This document shows positions 22,945-32,484 of a DNA stretch of 64,000 nucleotides, piece after piece. Made by a program: the position numbers and the translations under genes. The DNA is from an uncultured Pseudomonadota bacterium (lineage in GTDB: Bacteria > Vulcanimicrobiota > Vulcanimicrobiia > Eremiobacterales > Eremiobacteraceae), in the NCBI GenBank assembly GCA_963736005.1, contig CAVTNB010000001.1:1216001-1280000 (forward strand), in the 5' to 3' direction. Each line of letters begins with the position of its first letter. Position 1 is the stretch's first letter. The notes beneath the pieces were generated by a model, which ran no database searches, was not told the origin of the DNA, and saw only the letters and a program-made list of their open reading frames with translations.

Positions 22945-24276
22945 ATGGAGCTGCGCGAGGCTTTTGCCAGCGAACTCTCCGGACGGCCGGTCGAGCTTTT
23001 GACCGGAACGCAGCGGTCCCGCATCGGCAGGGTTGCGGACATCGCCGTGGCCGGTTCTGAAAACTTTCCGCCGGTGGTTGGACTTTATGTGAAGGGGAAC
23101 GATGGCGTTGTTCGTTACGCGCCGTTCCCAAGCATCATTTCCATCACTGACCGCGAGGTGACGCTCGGCGCTCCGCCAGTGGAAGGGAGCGCGGCTCCCG
23201 TGGCGATCGACGAGCTGCTCCTGCAAAAGGAATTACTCGACAAACAGATCGTTGACGTGGACGGACATAAAGTCGTCAGAGTCAACGACGTGAAGCTCGC
23301 ACCGGCCGGCGGACAGTTGCGCGTCATCGCGGCTGACGTCGGGCTCTCCGGCCTTTTGCGCAGACTCGGCCTTCGACATCTTGGGGACCAAGTGCTCGAT
23401 CGCATGCCCAAAGCGGGTGTCGGCGCTTCATTGATTTCTTGGGATGCAGTGCAGCCATTAGGCCTTGAGAGTCCTAGCGGCGCTCTGCGGTTGCGCGTCA
23501 CGCACGATAGGATAAATCGGATACATCCTGCCGACCTTGCGGGAATCATTCAAGAGCTTTCCGTTGCCGATCAAGCCTCACTCGTCGGCTCGCTGGACGA
23601 AGAGACCGCAGCCGACGCGCTCGAACAGCTGCCCATGGACACGCAGCTCTCCATCCTCGAGGACCTCAATCCGGCTCAGGCCGCGGACATTATCGAGAAT
23701 ATGACGCCGGACGATGCTGCCGATCTCCTTGGCGAAATCGAAACCGACAAGCAGCAAGAGATTTTGGAATTGATGGAGCCCGAGGAAGCCGAAGACGTGC
23801 GCGAGCTTTTGGCACACCCTGAACAAACCGCCGGCGGGCTCATGACGACCGAATACCTCTCGATACCGCCTGGTCTTACCGCGGCGCAAACCTTCGATCA
23901 CATCCGCAAGACCGCCGAGGACGCCGAGCTGGTGTACTACATTTACGTGCTCGACGCCAACGAACGCATCTTGGGCGTCGTGTCCCTGCGAGAGCTGATC
24001 AAGGCGGAACCTGGAGCGCTCATCTCCGACCTGGCTCGCGATGATATCGTGACCGTGAACCTCAACACGCCCCGCGACGAGGTGGCCACCACCATCGCGC
24101 GGTATGACTTCGTCGCCCTGCCAGTCGTCGACAAGGATGGGATCATGCGCGGCATCGTGACGGTCGACGACGTCGTCGACGTGCTGCTGCCGGAAAAACT
24201 TCGCAAGATGCTCCCACGGGTTGGCAAGTCACGCTCCAAGGCCCACCTACCAACGACAAAAAGCTCGGCCAGCTAA
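22945..24276 (+). CDS. soluble MgtE-like protein (PRC barrels plus MgtE N-domain plus CBS pair, no TM domain)
   Basis: LLDKQIVDVDGHKVVRVND, HPADLA, TAGGLMTTEY, GIVTVDDVVD. Confidence 0.88.
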   Translation: MELREAFASELSGRPVELLTGTQRSRIGRVADIAVAGSENFPPVVGLYVKGNDGVVRYAPFPSIISITDREVTLGAPPVEGSAAPVAIDELLLQKELLDKQIVDVDGHKVVRVNDVKLAPAGGQLRVIAADVGLSGLLRRLGLRHLGDQVLDRMPKAGVGASLISWDAVQPLGLESPSGALRLRVTHDRINRIHPADLAGIIQELSVADQASLVGSLDEETAADALEQLPMDTQLSILEDLNPAQAADIIENMTPDDAADLLGEIETDKQQEILELMEPEEAEDVRELLAHPEQTAGGLMTTEYLSIPPGLTAAQTFDHIRKTAEDAELVYYIYVLDANERILGVVSLRELIKAEPGALISDLARDDIVTVNLNTPRDEVATTIARYDFVALPVVDKDGIMRGIVTVDDVVDVLLPEKLRKMLPRVGKSRSKAHLPTTKSSAS

Positions 24277-25595
24277 GAACCCAGCGACGGAAAAATGAGC
24301 TGGAGCGTGGAGATGACGGTCAGCACACCCACGATGATGACCGTTGCCCAAGCAATGAGGTTAAACACGAGCGAGTTCGTATACTCACCCATCAGCGCTC
24401 TGTTGTTGATGAGCAGCAGCATGAGAATGAGCACGACCGGGAGCAACGCGCCGTTGACGACCTGGGAGTAAAAGATAATCGCCAGCAGCGGGGCGCCGGG
24501 GATCAAAACCACAACCCCTCCTATGACGATGAGCGCGGCGTACAGCCCATAGAAAACGGGTGCCTCTCGAAAGCGCCTTTCGACTCCCGACGCGAACCCG
24601 AAGGCCTCGCACACGTAGTAGGCCGTGGAAAGCGGCAGAATCGAAGCGGTAAAAACTGCGGCATTCAAGAGGCCAATCGCAAACAACACGGCTGCAAACT
24701 TTCCTGCCAGCGGCTCTAATGCCGCAGCAAGCTGGCCTGCATCGGTGATAACGATTTGCGCATGTGGTCCTGCATATTGGTTGTGAACGAAGATCGTGGT
24801 TGCGCTTGCCACGATGATAAAGAATGCGATGATGTCTGTAAAGATTGCGCCGGTGACGACGTCGATGCGCGAATACTTGTATTCTTGGATCTTCACCCCT
24901 TTCTCAACGATGGCCGATTGGATGTAGAACTGCATCCACGGGGAGATCGTCGTGCCGATGACGCCGATCGCCATGAGAATATAGGCGTTGGTCGGCGTAA
25001 AGTGGGGGAGGAGAAACTGCTTCATAACGTCGTGCCAGTCGGGGGCAACAATGAAACCGCTGATCACATACGAGATATAAACGAAGCAAAAGAAAAAGAA
25101 AATCTTTTCGACAAATCGATAGTTGCCGCGCGTGACAATGACAAACACGAACACCGCCGCAGCGGGGACGAGCACATACTTGGACAGCCAGGGGATCGAC
25201 GTCTGAAAGATGGGAGCGGCAGTTGCGACGCCTGCAAACTCGGAAGCGGTGTTGCCAATATCGCCAAGAACGAAAGCGAGCATTACCCAAAAGGTCAACC
25301 TCACCCCGAAGTTCTCGCGGATGAGATCGGCGAGACCTTTGCCGGTCACCGCTCCCATTCGCGCGCACATTTCTTGGACGACAACCAAGGCGAGGGTGAC
25401 CGGTATCAAAAGCCACAAGAGCGAGTAGCCAAACTGCGCACCGGCGAGCGAGTATGTGGTGACGCCGCCCACATCGTTGTCAGCATTGGCGGTGATGATG
25501 CCAGGCCCGATGACGGAAAGAAACATGAGGGCGGAGCGCCAGATGTTTGGTTTTTGCGCCGCAATTCGCTTGGTGACTGTCTGCAACGTTGCCAT
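24273..25595 (-). CDS. Nramp-family divalent metal transporter, probably Mg2+-importing type
   Basis: GPGIITANADNDVGG, VQEMCARMGAVTGKG, IGTTISPW; M-box upstream. Confidence 0.9.
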   Translation of the reverse strand: MATLQTVTKRIAAQKPNIWRSALMFLSVIGPGIITANADNDVGGVTTYSLAGAQFGYSLLWLLIPVTLALVVVQEMCARMGAVTGKGLADLIRENFGVRLTFWVMLAFVLGDIGNTASEFAGVATAAPIFQTSIPWLSKYVLVPAAAVFVFVIVTRGNYRFVEKIFFFFCFVYISYVISGFIVAPDWHDVMKQFLLPHFTPTNAYILMAIGVIGTTISPWMQFYIQSAIVEKGVKIQEYKYSRIDVVTGAIFTDIIAFFIIVASATTIFVHNQYAGPHAQIVITDAGQLAAALEPLAGKFAAVLFAIGLLNAAVFTASILPLSTAYYVCEAFGFASGVERRFREAPVFYGLYAALIVIGGVVVLIPGAPLLAIIFYSQVVNGALLPVVLILMLLLINNRALMGEYTNSLVFNLIAWATVIIVGVLTVISTLQLIFPSLGS

Positions 25596-25666
25596 AAAAT
25601 ACGATGACCGCCAAGGCTCCTCGCACTCAACGGTCATGAAAACTGCCGCAATCAGCCCGCTCGGCA

Positions 25667-25826
25667 CCTCATGCGTTGAGTTTTGGCACGACGCGCCATA
25701 AAGTCATTAAGACTTAGCCGTCTTAGATATCGCCTTACTTCGGCGATGCCTGGTCACCCATTGGGGTCTCTCGACCTTTCCGGGTAGCGGCCTTTCTGCG
25801 TGTCGACGCCTCACCTAACGAGGCTT
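25667..25826 (-). ncRNA. M-box (ykoK) Mg2+ riboswitch
   Basis: Minus strand CTCGTTAGGTGAGGC...AGGCCGCTACCCGGAAAGGTCGAGAGACCCCAATGGGT...GCCGAAGTAAGGC...CTAAGACGGCT...GTGCCAAAACTCAACG fits the ykoK consensus. Confidence 0.9.
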
Positions 25827-25944
25827 GTTTTCACACATTCTACCGCGGCTTGCGAGCTTGAGTCAACCTGTGCGTCTTCGTGCGGCGGGTAAAAAGGGCG
25901 TGGGCCGCCAACAGCACCAGCTTCGGCCCGTTTGAAATAGGATC

Positions 25945-27156
25945 ATGACCGCAGATGAACTTGCGTCTCTGAGTGAAAAGGCTGCGCGCCTCATTGCGGG
26001 CGGCGGTGGCCTTCGCGCGCTGGCACAAATGTTGGCCGACGAGACGCAGGGCGCCGTCCTGATCGAGGACGACAAGTGGCGCCATCTCGCGCTTGCCGAA
26101 TCACGCGGCGGCGTTGGGTCGTTACCCCCCTCCTTTGCTCCCTTCTACCGTAAAGCTCGTCAGGCTGACAAAAATGGTACGGTCGTGCGTGCAGCAGTCT
26201 CGCCATCGCTGCACGCGCTTTGCGTGCAAATGCCGGGTGCAGGAGACGCGGAGGCAGGTCCGGGTTACGTCACGCTGTTCGTCCGCGAAAAGAGCCGCGC
26301 GGACGCAATTCCGGCCCTTCGAATCGCGGCCAGCGCGGTGGGTGTGGAGTACGCGCGCCGCGGCGCGGGTCGCGGGCAAGGCAAGCTCGCCTTCTGGGAG
26401 CATTTTTTGAGCGGCGACATGACCGATGCGGCGGACGTCAGGGCCCAAGCGCAAGCGCTGGGCATCGCGCTCGCGCCGGCGTATCTGGTGAGCGTGTTCG
26501 ATCTCGAAGGCGCTTCGCCGCAAACCTGCCGCGATGTCGTTGTGCAGGCGCTTGCACCCGCCGACGCGACGTGCCCGTTGAGCGGCGCCGGGACGCAAGT
26601 CATCGCGCTCTTTCCGGTTCGGCACCAAGTCGACGTAGCGCGCGCACGCCAAGCCGCAGCGAATGCGGTCCGCGACCTGCCAGAGCAAGGCGCGGCCAAA
26701 TCGGTGAACTGCGGTATCGGCGCGTTTCACGCGGATTTGCTCGAAGTACCGATTGGTCTGCGCGAAGCGCGCGAGTCGCTGACCCTTGGGCGCCGGCTCT
26801 TCGGCCGCGGCAGCATGGCGGTTTATCCGGATTTGGGGATCTATGCGCTCCTCCATGCCGGCACCGATCGCGACGACTTCGTCGCGTTCTCGCAATCGCT
26901 CATCGAGCCGCTGCAAGCCTACGACCGCAAACACAAAACCGATTTGCTCGCGACACTGCAACTGTATTTCGATGTCGGTGAAAACGTGAAAGAAGCAGCT
27001 GAGCGGCTCACGGTGCATCGCCACACGATCTTCTACCGCCTCAACCAAATTTCTCAAATCCTCAAGATCGATCTGCGGACTCCCAAGGGCCAGCTTTCGC
27101 TGCGGGCGGCGCTTGCGATCAAGCAGATGAATACCCCCGAGGAGATGCATGACTAG
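25945..27156 (+). CDS. PucR/CdaR-family transcriptional regulator
   Basis: PLQAYDRKHKTDLLATL.LYF...NVKEAAERL.VHRHTIFYRL. Confidence 0.88.
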   Translation: MTADELASLSEKAARLIAGGGGLRALAQMLADETQGAVLIEDDKWRHLALAESRGGVGSLPPSFAPFYRKARQADKNGTVVRAAVSPSLHALCVQMPGAGDAEAGPGYVTLFVREKSRADAIPALRIAASAVGVEYARRGAGRGQGKLAFWEHFLSGDMTDAADVRAQAQALGIALAPAYLVSVFDLEGASPQTCRDVVVQALAPADATCPLSGAGTQVIALFPVRHQVDVARARQAAANAVRDLPEQGAAKSVNCGIGAFHADLLEVPIGLREARESLTLGRRLFGRGSMAVYPDLGIYALLHAGTDRDDFVAFSQSLIEPLQAYDRKHKTDLLATLQLYFDVGENVKEAAERLTVHRHTIFYRLNQISQILKIDLRTPKGQLSLRAALAIKQMNTPEEMHD

Positions 27157-28474
27157 ACGAGAGCTGGTCAAACGGGCGAAGGACGCGGGCGTGCGGCTCG
27201 TCCGTTTGCAATTTAGCGATATTCACGGGGTAACGAAGAACGTCGCCATTCCCATCGGCGAATTGGACGCTGCGCTCGAGGGCAAAGTCGCCTTCGATGG
27301 CTCGTGCATCGAGGGATTCGTTCGCTTCGAAGAGCTCGACATGAATCTGGCGCCCGACCCAGAGACGTTTGCCCTGTTGCCGACGCTGCCCGGCGCGCCG
27401 CTTGAGGCTCGCCTGCTGTGCGACGTGCACAATCCCGATGGCACACCCTTTGAGGGCTGCACGCGCAGCACGCTACGCCGCGTGCTCGAGGAAGTAAAGA
27501 AAGAAGGATATACGCCGCGCGTGTCAGCCGAGCTCGAGTTTTTTCTCTTCGAGCGAGCACCTGAGGGTCGACAAGCGACCGCGACGAGCGATCGCGGCTC
27601 CTACTTCGATCTCAGCCCGATCGACCGCGGCGACCTGGCGCGTTGCGACATGGCGCTCGTGCTCGAAGAGATGGGGGTCCGCGTCGAGGCGACGCACCAC
27701 GAGGTCTCGCACGGTCAGCACGAGATCGACTTGGGGTTCTCGGACGCGTTGACCCTCGCGGATGCAATTGCGACGGCGCGAGTGGTGGTAAAAACAGTTG
27801 CTGCCCGGCATAACCTGCACGCCACCTTCATGCCGAAGCCGCTCGTCAATCAAGATGGCAGCGGGCTCCACTTTGCGCAGTTTCTCGTTCGCGATGACGC
27901 CAACGCGTTTTTCGATCGGGACAATCGCGGCCCCGCGGGACTGAGCGAAACCGGGCTATCGTATGTCGGCGGATTGCTCGAGCACGCTCGTGGCTTCACG
28001 CTTGTAACGAATCCAACCGTGAACTCGTACAAGAGGTTGGTGCCCGGCTACGATGCACCCTCGTACATTCAGTGGTCGCAGCGCGCAAAGAGCGCACTCA
28101 TACGAGTCCCTGAAAACGCCACCGGCGATGTGATAGTGGAATTGCGCTCTCCCGATCCGTCATGCAATCCCTATCTCGCGCTTGCCTGCGTGCTCAAGGC
28201 TGGCATCGATGGCGTCCGGCGCAAGCTGGTGCCGGGAGATCCCGTGGAATCAATCGCCTCGCAACTCAGCGATGACGAGCGGACGAATCTGGGTATCGGC
28301 CAGCTGCCGGTGTCATTGCAGGAGGCAGTCTACGCGCTCGGAGAGGATCCTGTGGTTCGCGCGGCTCTCGGGGACCACAGCTATCACCGTCTACGGGAAG
28401 CAAAACTGGCCGAGTGGGAGACGTATCGGACGCAAGTCCATCCATGGGAACTTGACGCGTATCTGAGCCTGTAG
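27149..28474 (+). CDS. glutamine synthetase-like protein (GSI-alpha scaffold, divergent active site)
   Basis: [53 protein letters not shown]. Confidence 0.88.
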   Translation: MTRRELVKRAKDAGVRLVRLQFSDIHGVTKNVAIPIGELDAALEGKVAFDGSCIEGFVRFEELDMNLAPDPETFALLPTLPGAPLEARLLCDVHNPDGTPFEGCTRSTLRRVLEEVKKEGYTPRVSAELEFFLFERAPEGRQATATSDRGSYFDLSPIDRGDLARCDMALVLEEMGVRVEATHHEVSHGQHEIDLGFSDALTLADAIATARVVVKTVAARHNLHATFMPKPLVNQDGSGLHFAQFLVRDDANAFFDRDNRGPAGLSETGLSYVGGLLEHARGFTLVTNPTVNSYKRLVPGYDAPSYIQWSQRAKSALIRVPENATGDVIVELRSPDPSCNPYLALACVLKAGIDGVRRKLVPGDPVESIASQLSDDERTNLGIGQLPVSLQEAVYALGEDPVVRAALGDHSYHRLREAKLAEWETYRTQVHPWELDAYLSL

Positions 28475-28481
28475 ACAGGGG

Positions 28482-28559
28482 CGCGATAACGCGCGAATAA
28501 ATTCGCGCGACTACATTTTACGCGATAATGCGCGAATAAGTTCGCGCGACTACATTTTA
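28482..28559 (-). repeat. two tandem REP-like units, family B, 39-bp period
   Basis: CGCGATAAyGCGCGAATAArTTCGCGCGACTACATTTTA twice, between convergent genes. Confidence 0.85.
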
Positions 28560-30371
28560 CGCGGGGATATTTGCTGCTGCGCGCAACCGCGCACTCTCCA
28601 CGGCAATGCCGGCGAGCTGGGCGAACACTTCTATTGTTCTGATCGTCTCGTCGCGCGGCACGCGATGATCCTTGGGATCGTCTGGCGAGAGCAAGCCTAT
28701 CATCATCCCGGCTGAATCGAAAATGGGGAAGAGTAACAGATCGTTTTCGTGCCAGTCGCCGGGTTGAATGCGCGGCAGCTCGAGTCGATCCGGGTGCCGC
28801 GTCACGCCCCCCTCATGATGCAACTCCATCGGCACGTAGTAAAACGTCCCCCGCACTTTCGTCGCAGGGGTCATGTCGCGCTGAACCTCTTCGGGGGAGA
28901 GCTCAACGCCCTCCACGCCATCCGGATACCCCACAGCGGCATGGCGCACGTAAACATTGCGATGCGGATCGCGCAAGAGAATCGTTCCAGCAGAGAACCC
29001 GAACGTTTCAGTGGCGACTTGGAGAATGCGCCGAAGCATCGTCTTGAGACTGCGCTCGCGGAAGATAGCGGCCGTCAGATCCAGAATGCGGGCGAGCCGG
29101 TCAGCCTGAAGCCTTCGCTCTTCCGCCAAGGCCTCGACATTTGAATACAAGCGCTTGATTTCGATATTCTGTTCGGAGAGCGTATTCGCGCGACTTTTTT
29201 CGGTCGCCACGATGTGCACGTTCTCGATCGCGGCGGCAGCCAAGCGTGCGAAAAGCGCGATGTTGTCAATCGTTTCGTCGGATGGAATCTTCCCATCCGC
29301 GGGCGCATCGGGGATAAGCAACCCAATCACTTCACCAGACGAACTGCGCAAGGCAAAGATGAGCGTATCCGCCTCGTGCCAAGCACCCGCTGCGGAACGC
29401 CGCTGGTTCACAAGATCGGCGTTATAACAATAGCCGGGCTCCGTATACCATGTCTGCCGTTCGACCGGTGCGTAATAGACGGAAGGGCGAATGGCAAAGC
29501 GCTTGTCCATTTTCAGATCGCTCAAAGCAAAGGGCACTCGTCGCTGCCGAAGCTCTGCTTCCGTCTGCGGCGGATAGCCGCGAACGGCAGTATAAAGGTA
29601 GGATTCGCGCTCGCGTTCGGCAATGAGGATCGCTCCCGCGCGGAAGCCGAACGATTGCATAGTCACGTCCAGCATGCGATCGAGGAGCGCGTTGAGTTGG
29701 CGCTCGCGTAGCAAGCTTACGGCGAGTTCGGTGACCTTCTTGAGCGTCGAGGCTTGCACATCGGCGCGCGTGCGCATTTCTTCTTGAGCGCGTAACGCCT
29801 TTTCGAGCTTCTCTTGCTGCGTTGCAAGCTTCTCACTGCGAAGCGCCACACCCCAAACGAAATGACGGACAGCAAGCACGGTCAACCAGATGATTCCGAC
29901 GTCAAAAATAAACCGCCCAAGTTGCGGTTCGCCCGCCGGTGCCATTAAGTGAAACGCGAATGCCGCGGCCAGCAAGATCGTACCCACGATTGCGACGCCA
30001 GCAGCGCCTGCGATTTGTTCGCGCACGCCACCCCACATGAGTGGAACGAGAATGGCAATCCATACTTCTGGCAAGGTGGGCAGATACAAGACGACCGGCA
30101 CCATCAAGACGAGCATGTCGAGGGCCAACAAGCTCACACCGGCCCATCGGATTTGATCGACGCGCGTCGCGCGACTGACGATGTTAGCCGCGATGATGCC
30201 CTGAGCCAGCCACGTGACAATGATTGCGACTTGCAGCCAGCGCGAGTAGTGCCATGGGAGCACCACAAACATAATCGCGGCGACGCCAATCGAGATAAGC
30301 CGAGATTTGAGGATGCTGCTCTCGATCCAGCGTGCCTCTTCGACCGATCGGCGGAAGGTAAAATCTGTCAT
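28557..30371 (-). CDS. membrane protein with about 6 TM helices, coiled coil and two GAF domains
   Basis: Hydrophobic N-terminus; two homologous units L.R.L.V...FGF.AG.IL...GYP...WHE.D.L.F....GLL.PD.P.D...P..ETI..I..FA.LA..A.E. Confidence 0.8.
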   Translation of the reverse strand: MTDFTFRRSVEEARWIESSILKSRLISIGVAAIMFVVLPWHYSRWLQVAIIVTWLAQGIIAANIVSRATRVDQIRWAGVSLLALDMLVLMVPVVLYLPTLPEVWIAILVPLMWGGVREQIAGAAGVAIVGTILLAAAFAFHLMAPAGEPQLGRFIFDVGIIWLTVLAVRHFVWGVALRSEKLATQQEKLEKALRAQEEMRTRADVQASTLKKVTELAVSLLRERQLNALLDRMLDVTMQSFGFRAGAILIAERERESYLYTAVRGYPPQTEAELRQRRVPFALSDLKMDKRFAIRPSVYYAPVERQTWYTEPGYCYNADLVNQRRSAAGAWHEADTLIFALRSSSGEVIGLLIPDAPADGKIPSDETIDNIALFARLAAAAIENVHIVATEKSRANTLSEQNIEIKRLYSNVEALAEERRLQADRLARILDLTAAIFRERSLKTMLRRILQVATETFGFSAGTILLRDPHRNVYVRHAAVGYPDGVEGVELSPEEVQRDMTPATKVRGTFYYVPMELHHEGGVTRHPDRLELPRIQPGDWHENDLLLFPIFDSAGMMIGLLSPDDPKDHRVPRDETIRTIEVFAQLAGIAVESARLRAAANIPA

Positions 30372-30455
30372 GTTGAGATGGGCGCCCACATGAGGGCGTC
30401 GCATTAAGTTATCGGCAAACCGTCCTGCCGGTCGTAATCGCGGGGCACGCCCGCG

Positions 30456-30680
30456 CTAATGAACCGTTCAGGCCCCGTCAAAACCGACGACCACTTTGCC
30501 GTCCGGTTGGACGATCGTTGGGACCTTCAAGCCGCCCGAGAGCTTGCGCATTTCTTCCCGAGCCGCCAAATCGTGTTGCACGTCAATTTGACGGAACGGC
30601 ACCTTGCGCTGCTGGAAGTCAGCCAACGCGGCGGCGCAGTAGGGGCACCCCGGCTTTGTGTAGATCAGGGTCTCAGGCAT
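30456..30680 (-). CDS. glutaredoxin-like protein, probable C-terminal selenoprotein (Uxx-star-like)
   Basis: YTKPGCPYC, KVPTI, VVVGFDGA-TGA-TVH-TAG; hairpin after the UGA. The glutaredoxin call is firm, the Sec is inferred. Confidence 0.8.
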
Positions 30681-30733
30681 TTGTCTCCACCGTCGGAAGG
30701 TGACCGCGCGTAGCGTGGTGGACGCTCCCGGTC

Positions 30734-31105
30734 ATGCGTATCATTTCCTCAACAGCAGCGCCGAAACCCGTCGCGGCATACAGCCAAGCGGTCGAGGCTA
30801 ACGACTTCATCTTTACCGCGGGTCAATTGGGCCTCAACCCGCAGACAGGTTTACTAGAAGCGGGCCTCGAGGCGCAGGCGGAGCAAGTCTTCCGCAACCT
30901 AACGGCAATCCTAGAAGCAGCGGGCTCGCGATTCGACCGGGTTGTCAAGGTCACAATCTATCTCGCGGATCTGACCCACTTTGCCCTCGTGAACGGCATC
31001 TACGAACGATACGTTGGTGCGCACCGACCAGCGCGCACAACGATTCAAGCCGGCGCACTCCCTCAGGGTGCCTTGATTGAAGTAGACCTGATCGCGCAAG
31101 CCTAG
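30734..31105 (+). CDS. ridA: RidA-family imine deaminase
   Basis: YSQAV, AGQLG, VVKVTIYL, PARTT, LP.GALIEVD. Confidence 0.9.
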   Translation: MRIISSTAAPKPVAAYSQAVEANDFIFTAGQLGLNPQTGLLEAGLEAQAEQVFRNLTAILEAAGSRFDRVVKVTIYLADLTHFALVNGIYERYVGAHRPARTTIQAGALPQGALIEVDLIAQA

Positions 31106-31127
31106 CAAATCAACCGATGAAATGCAG

Positions 31128-31153
31128 CGGGCGACTGTCCAAGTCGCCCGTCA
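31128..31153. terminator. hairpin between convergent genes, possible bidirectional terminator
   Basis: CGGGCGACT-gtcca-AGTCGCCCG. Confidence 0.5.
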
Positions 31154-31177
31154 AACGGTTACTCCGCGCTTGCGACG

Positions 31178-32353
31178 CTATTCGTGCTGGCCGATTTTTG
31201 CCTGCACTCCTGCCAACATATCGCGCGCGACGCTGAGGTTAGGCTGATTTGCGAGGGCCGCCTTATATTGATCTGCGGCAAGGTCGTACTTTTGCTGCTG
31301 TTCGTAGACGACGCCGAGGTCAAAATGCAAATCGGCATACCGCGGTGCCACGGCAAGTCCTTTGATAAAGGCTGCCTCGGCCAAGTTCAAGAGGTTGTGC
31401 GTAAAATAGATGTTCCCTAAGTTCTCATATGCTTCGCGCAGCCGCGGATCGATGTGCAGAGCTTTTTCGTACATCTCGACGGCTTGCGTGAACTGACCGC
31501 GGTAATCGTAGACGACCCCCAAGTTGTTGTATGACTGCGCAAAGTTCGGGTCGAGCACGAGAGCCTGATTGATTTTGTCGGTTGCTTCATCGTACTTGCC
31601 CTGCTCGATGAGTTCGACCCCCCAATTCATCCACGCGTAGGTATACTTGGGATCGGAGAGGATCACAATGCGGTACTGCGCTATGGCGTCCTGTGAGCGG
31701 CCCATATCCCCATAGACAGTACCTAGACCGTTGCGCGCGTCGTTGAAGTTGGGATTCAGATCGAGCGCGGCCTGGAATTCCTCTTGAGCTCGGTTCAGCT
31801 TCTTCTCGTAGGCAAGAATGAGACCGAGGTTCAGGTGATATACCGGATTATTTGGATCGCGACTTAGGTCTGCGTTGCACTCATCTTCGAGAGTACCAAG
31901 TCTTCCTTCATCATCGTAGACCTGCACGAGGTTGAGAAAACCCGCCGGAAGAGGAAGACTCTTGCGAAACTCGGCGATTGCGTCATCATATCTATCCAAT
32001 GCCGCGTAAACGCCTCCAAGACGGTTGTGCACCTCTTTGTCGTTTGGATTGTGGGCCAGCACCGTCTGGTACGCGGTGGCCGCAGCTGTGTAGTTCTCGA
32101 GACGATACTGCACGTCGCCCAGTAACTTTTGGATCCCCATGTCCCCGGGATATAGCGTGGCTGCCTGAATGAGGATTTGCTTGGCGGTGTCATTGTGGCC
32201 GAGGGCGGCTTCGGATTGAGCCTGGGCGAGCAATTGCAAGGCGCTTGCAGGGCTTGCGGCGGGAGCGGGTTCGGCCAGAGCGACCGCCAGACCACCCGAG
32301 GAGAAGACGAGAGCGGCCATCATCGTTACGATTAGGCCTTTTCGGACATCCAT
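31178..32353 (-). CDS. exported tetratricopeptide-repeat protein
   Basis: Signal peptide and about 10 TPR units (NLG..Y...G....A...Y.KAL..DP). Confidence 0.9.
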   Translation of the reverse strand: MDVRKGLIVTMMAALVFSSGGLAVALAEPAPAASPASALQLLAQAQSEAALGHNDTAKQILIQAATLYPGDMGIQKLLGDVQYRLENYTAAATAYQTVLAHNPNDKEVHNRLGGVYAALDRYDDAIAEFRKSLPLPAGFLNLVQVYDDEGRLGTLEDECNADLSRDPNNPVYHLNLGLILAYEKKLNRAQEEFQAALDLNPNFNDARNGLGTVYGDMGRSQDAIAQYRIVILSDPKYTYAWMNWGVELIEQGKYDEATDKINQALVLDPNFAQSYNNLGVVYDYRGQFTQAVEMYEKALHIDPRLREAYENLGNIYFTHNLLNLAEAAFIKGLAVAPRYADLHFDLGVVYEQQQKYDLAADQYKAALANQPNLSVARDMLAGVQAKIGQHE

Positions 32354-32484
32354 GCGTCCCTTGAGTATAGCGCGGACTCGCGGCCGGTGCAATTAGCTTT
32401 CGGGTCGCTGGTCCGATAGCTGAAACCGGGCGCCGGCGGCCGGCGGAAATGCAATCTGCAACACAGCGCAGAATGCATCCGAAT

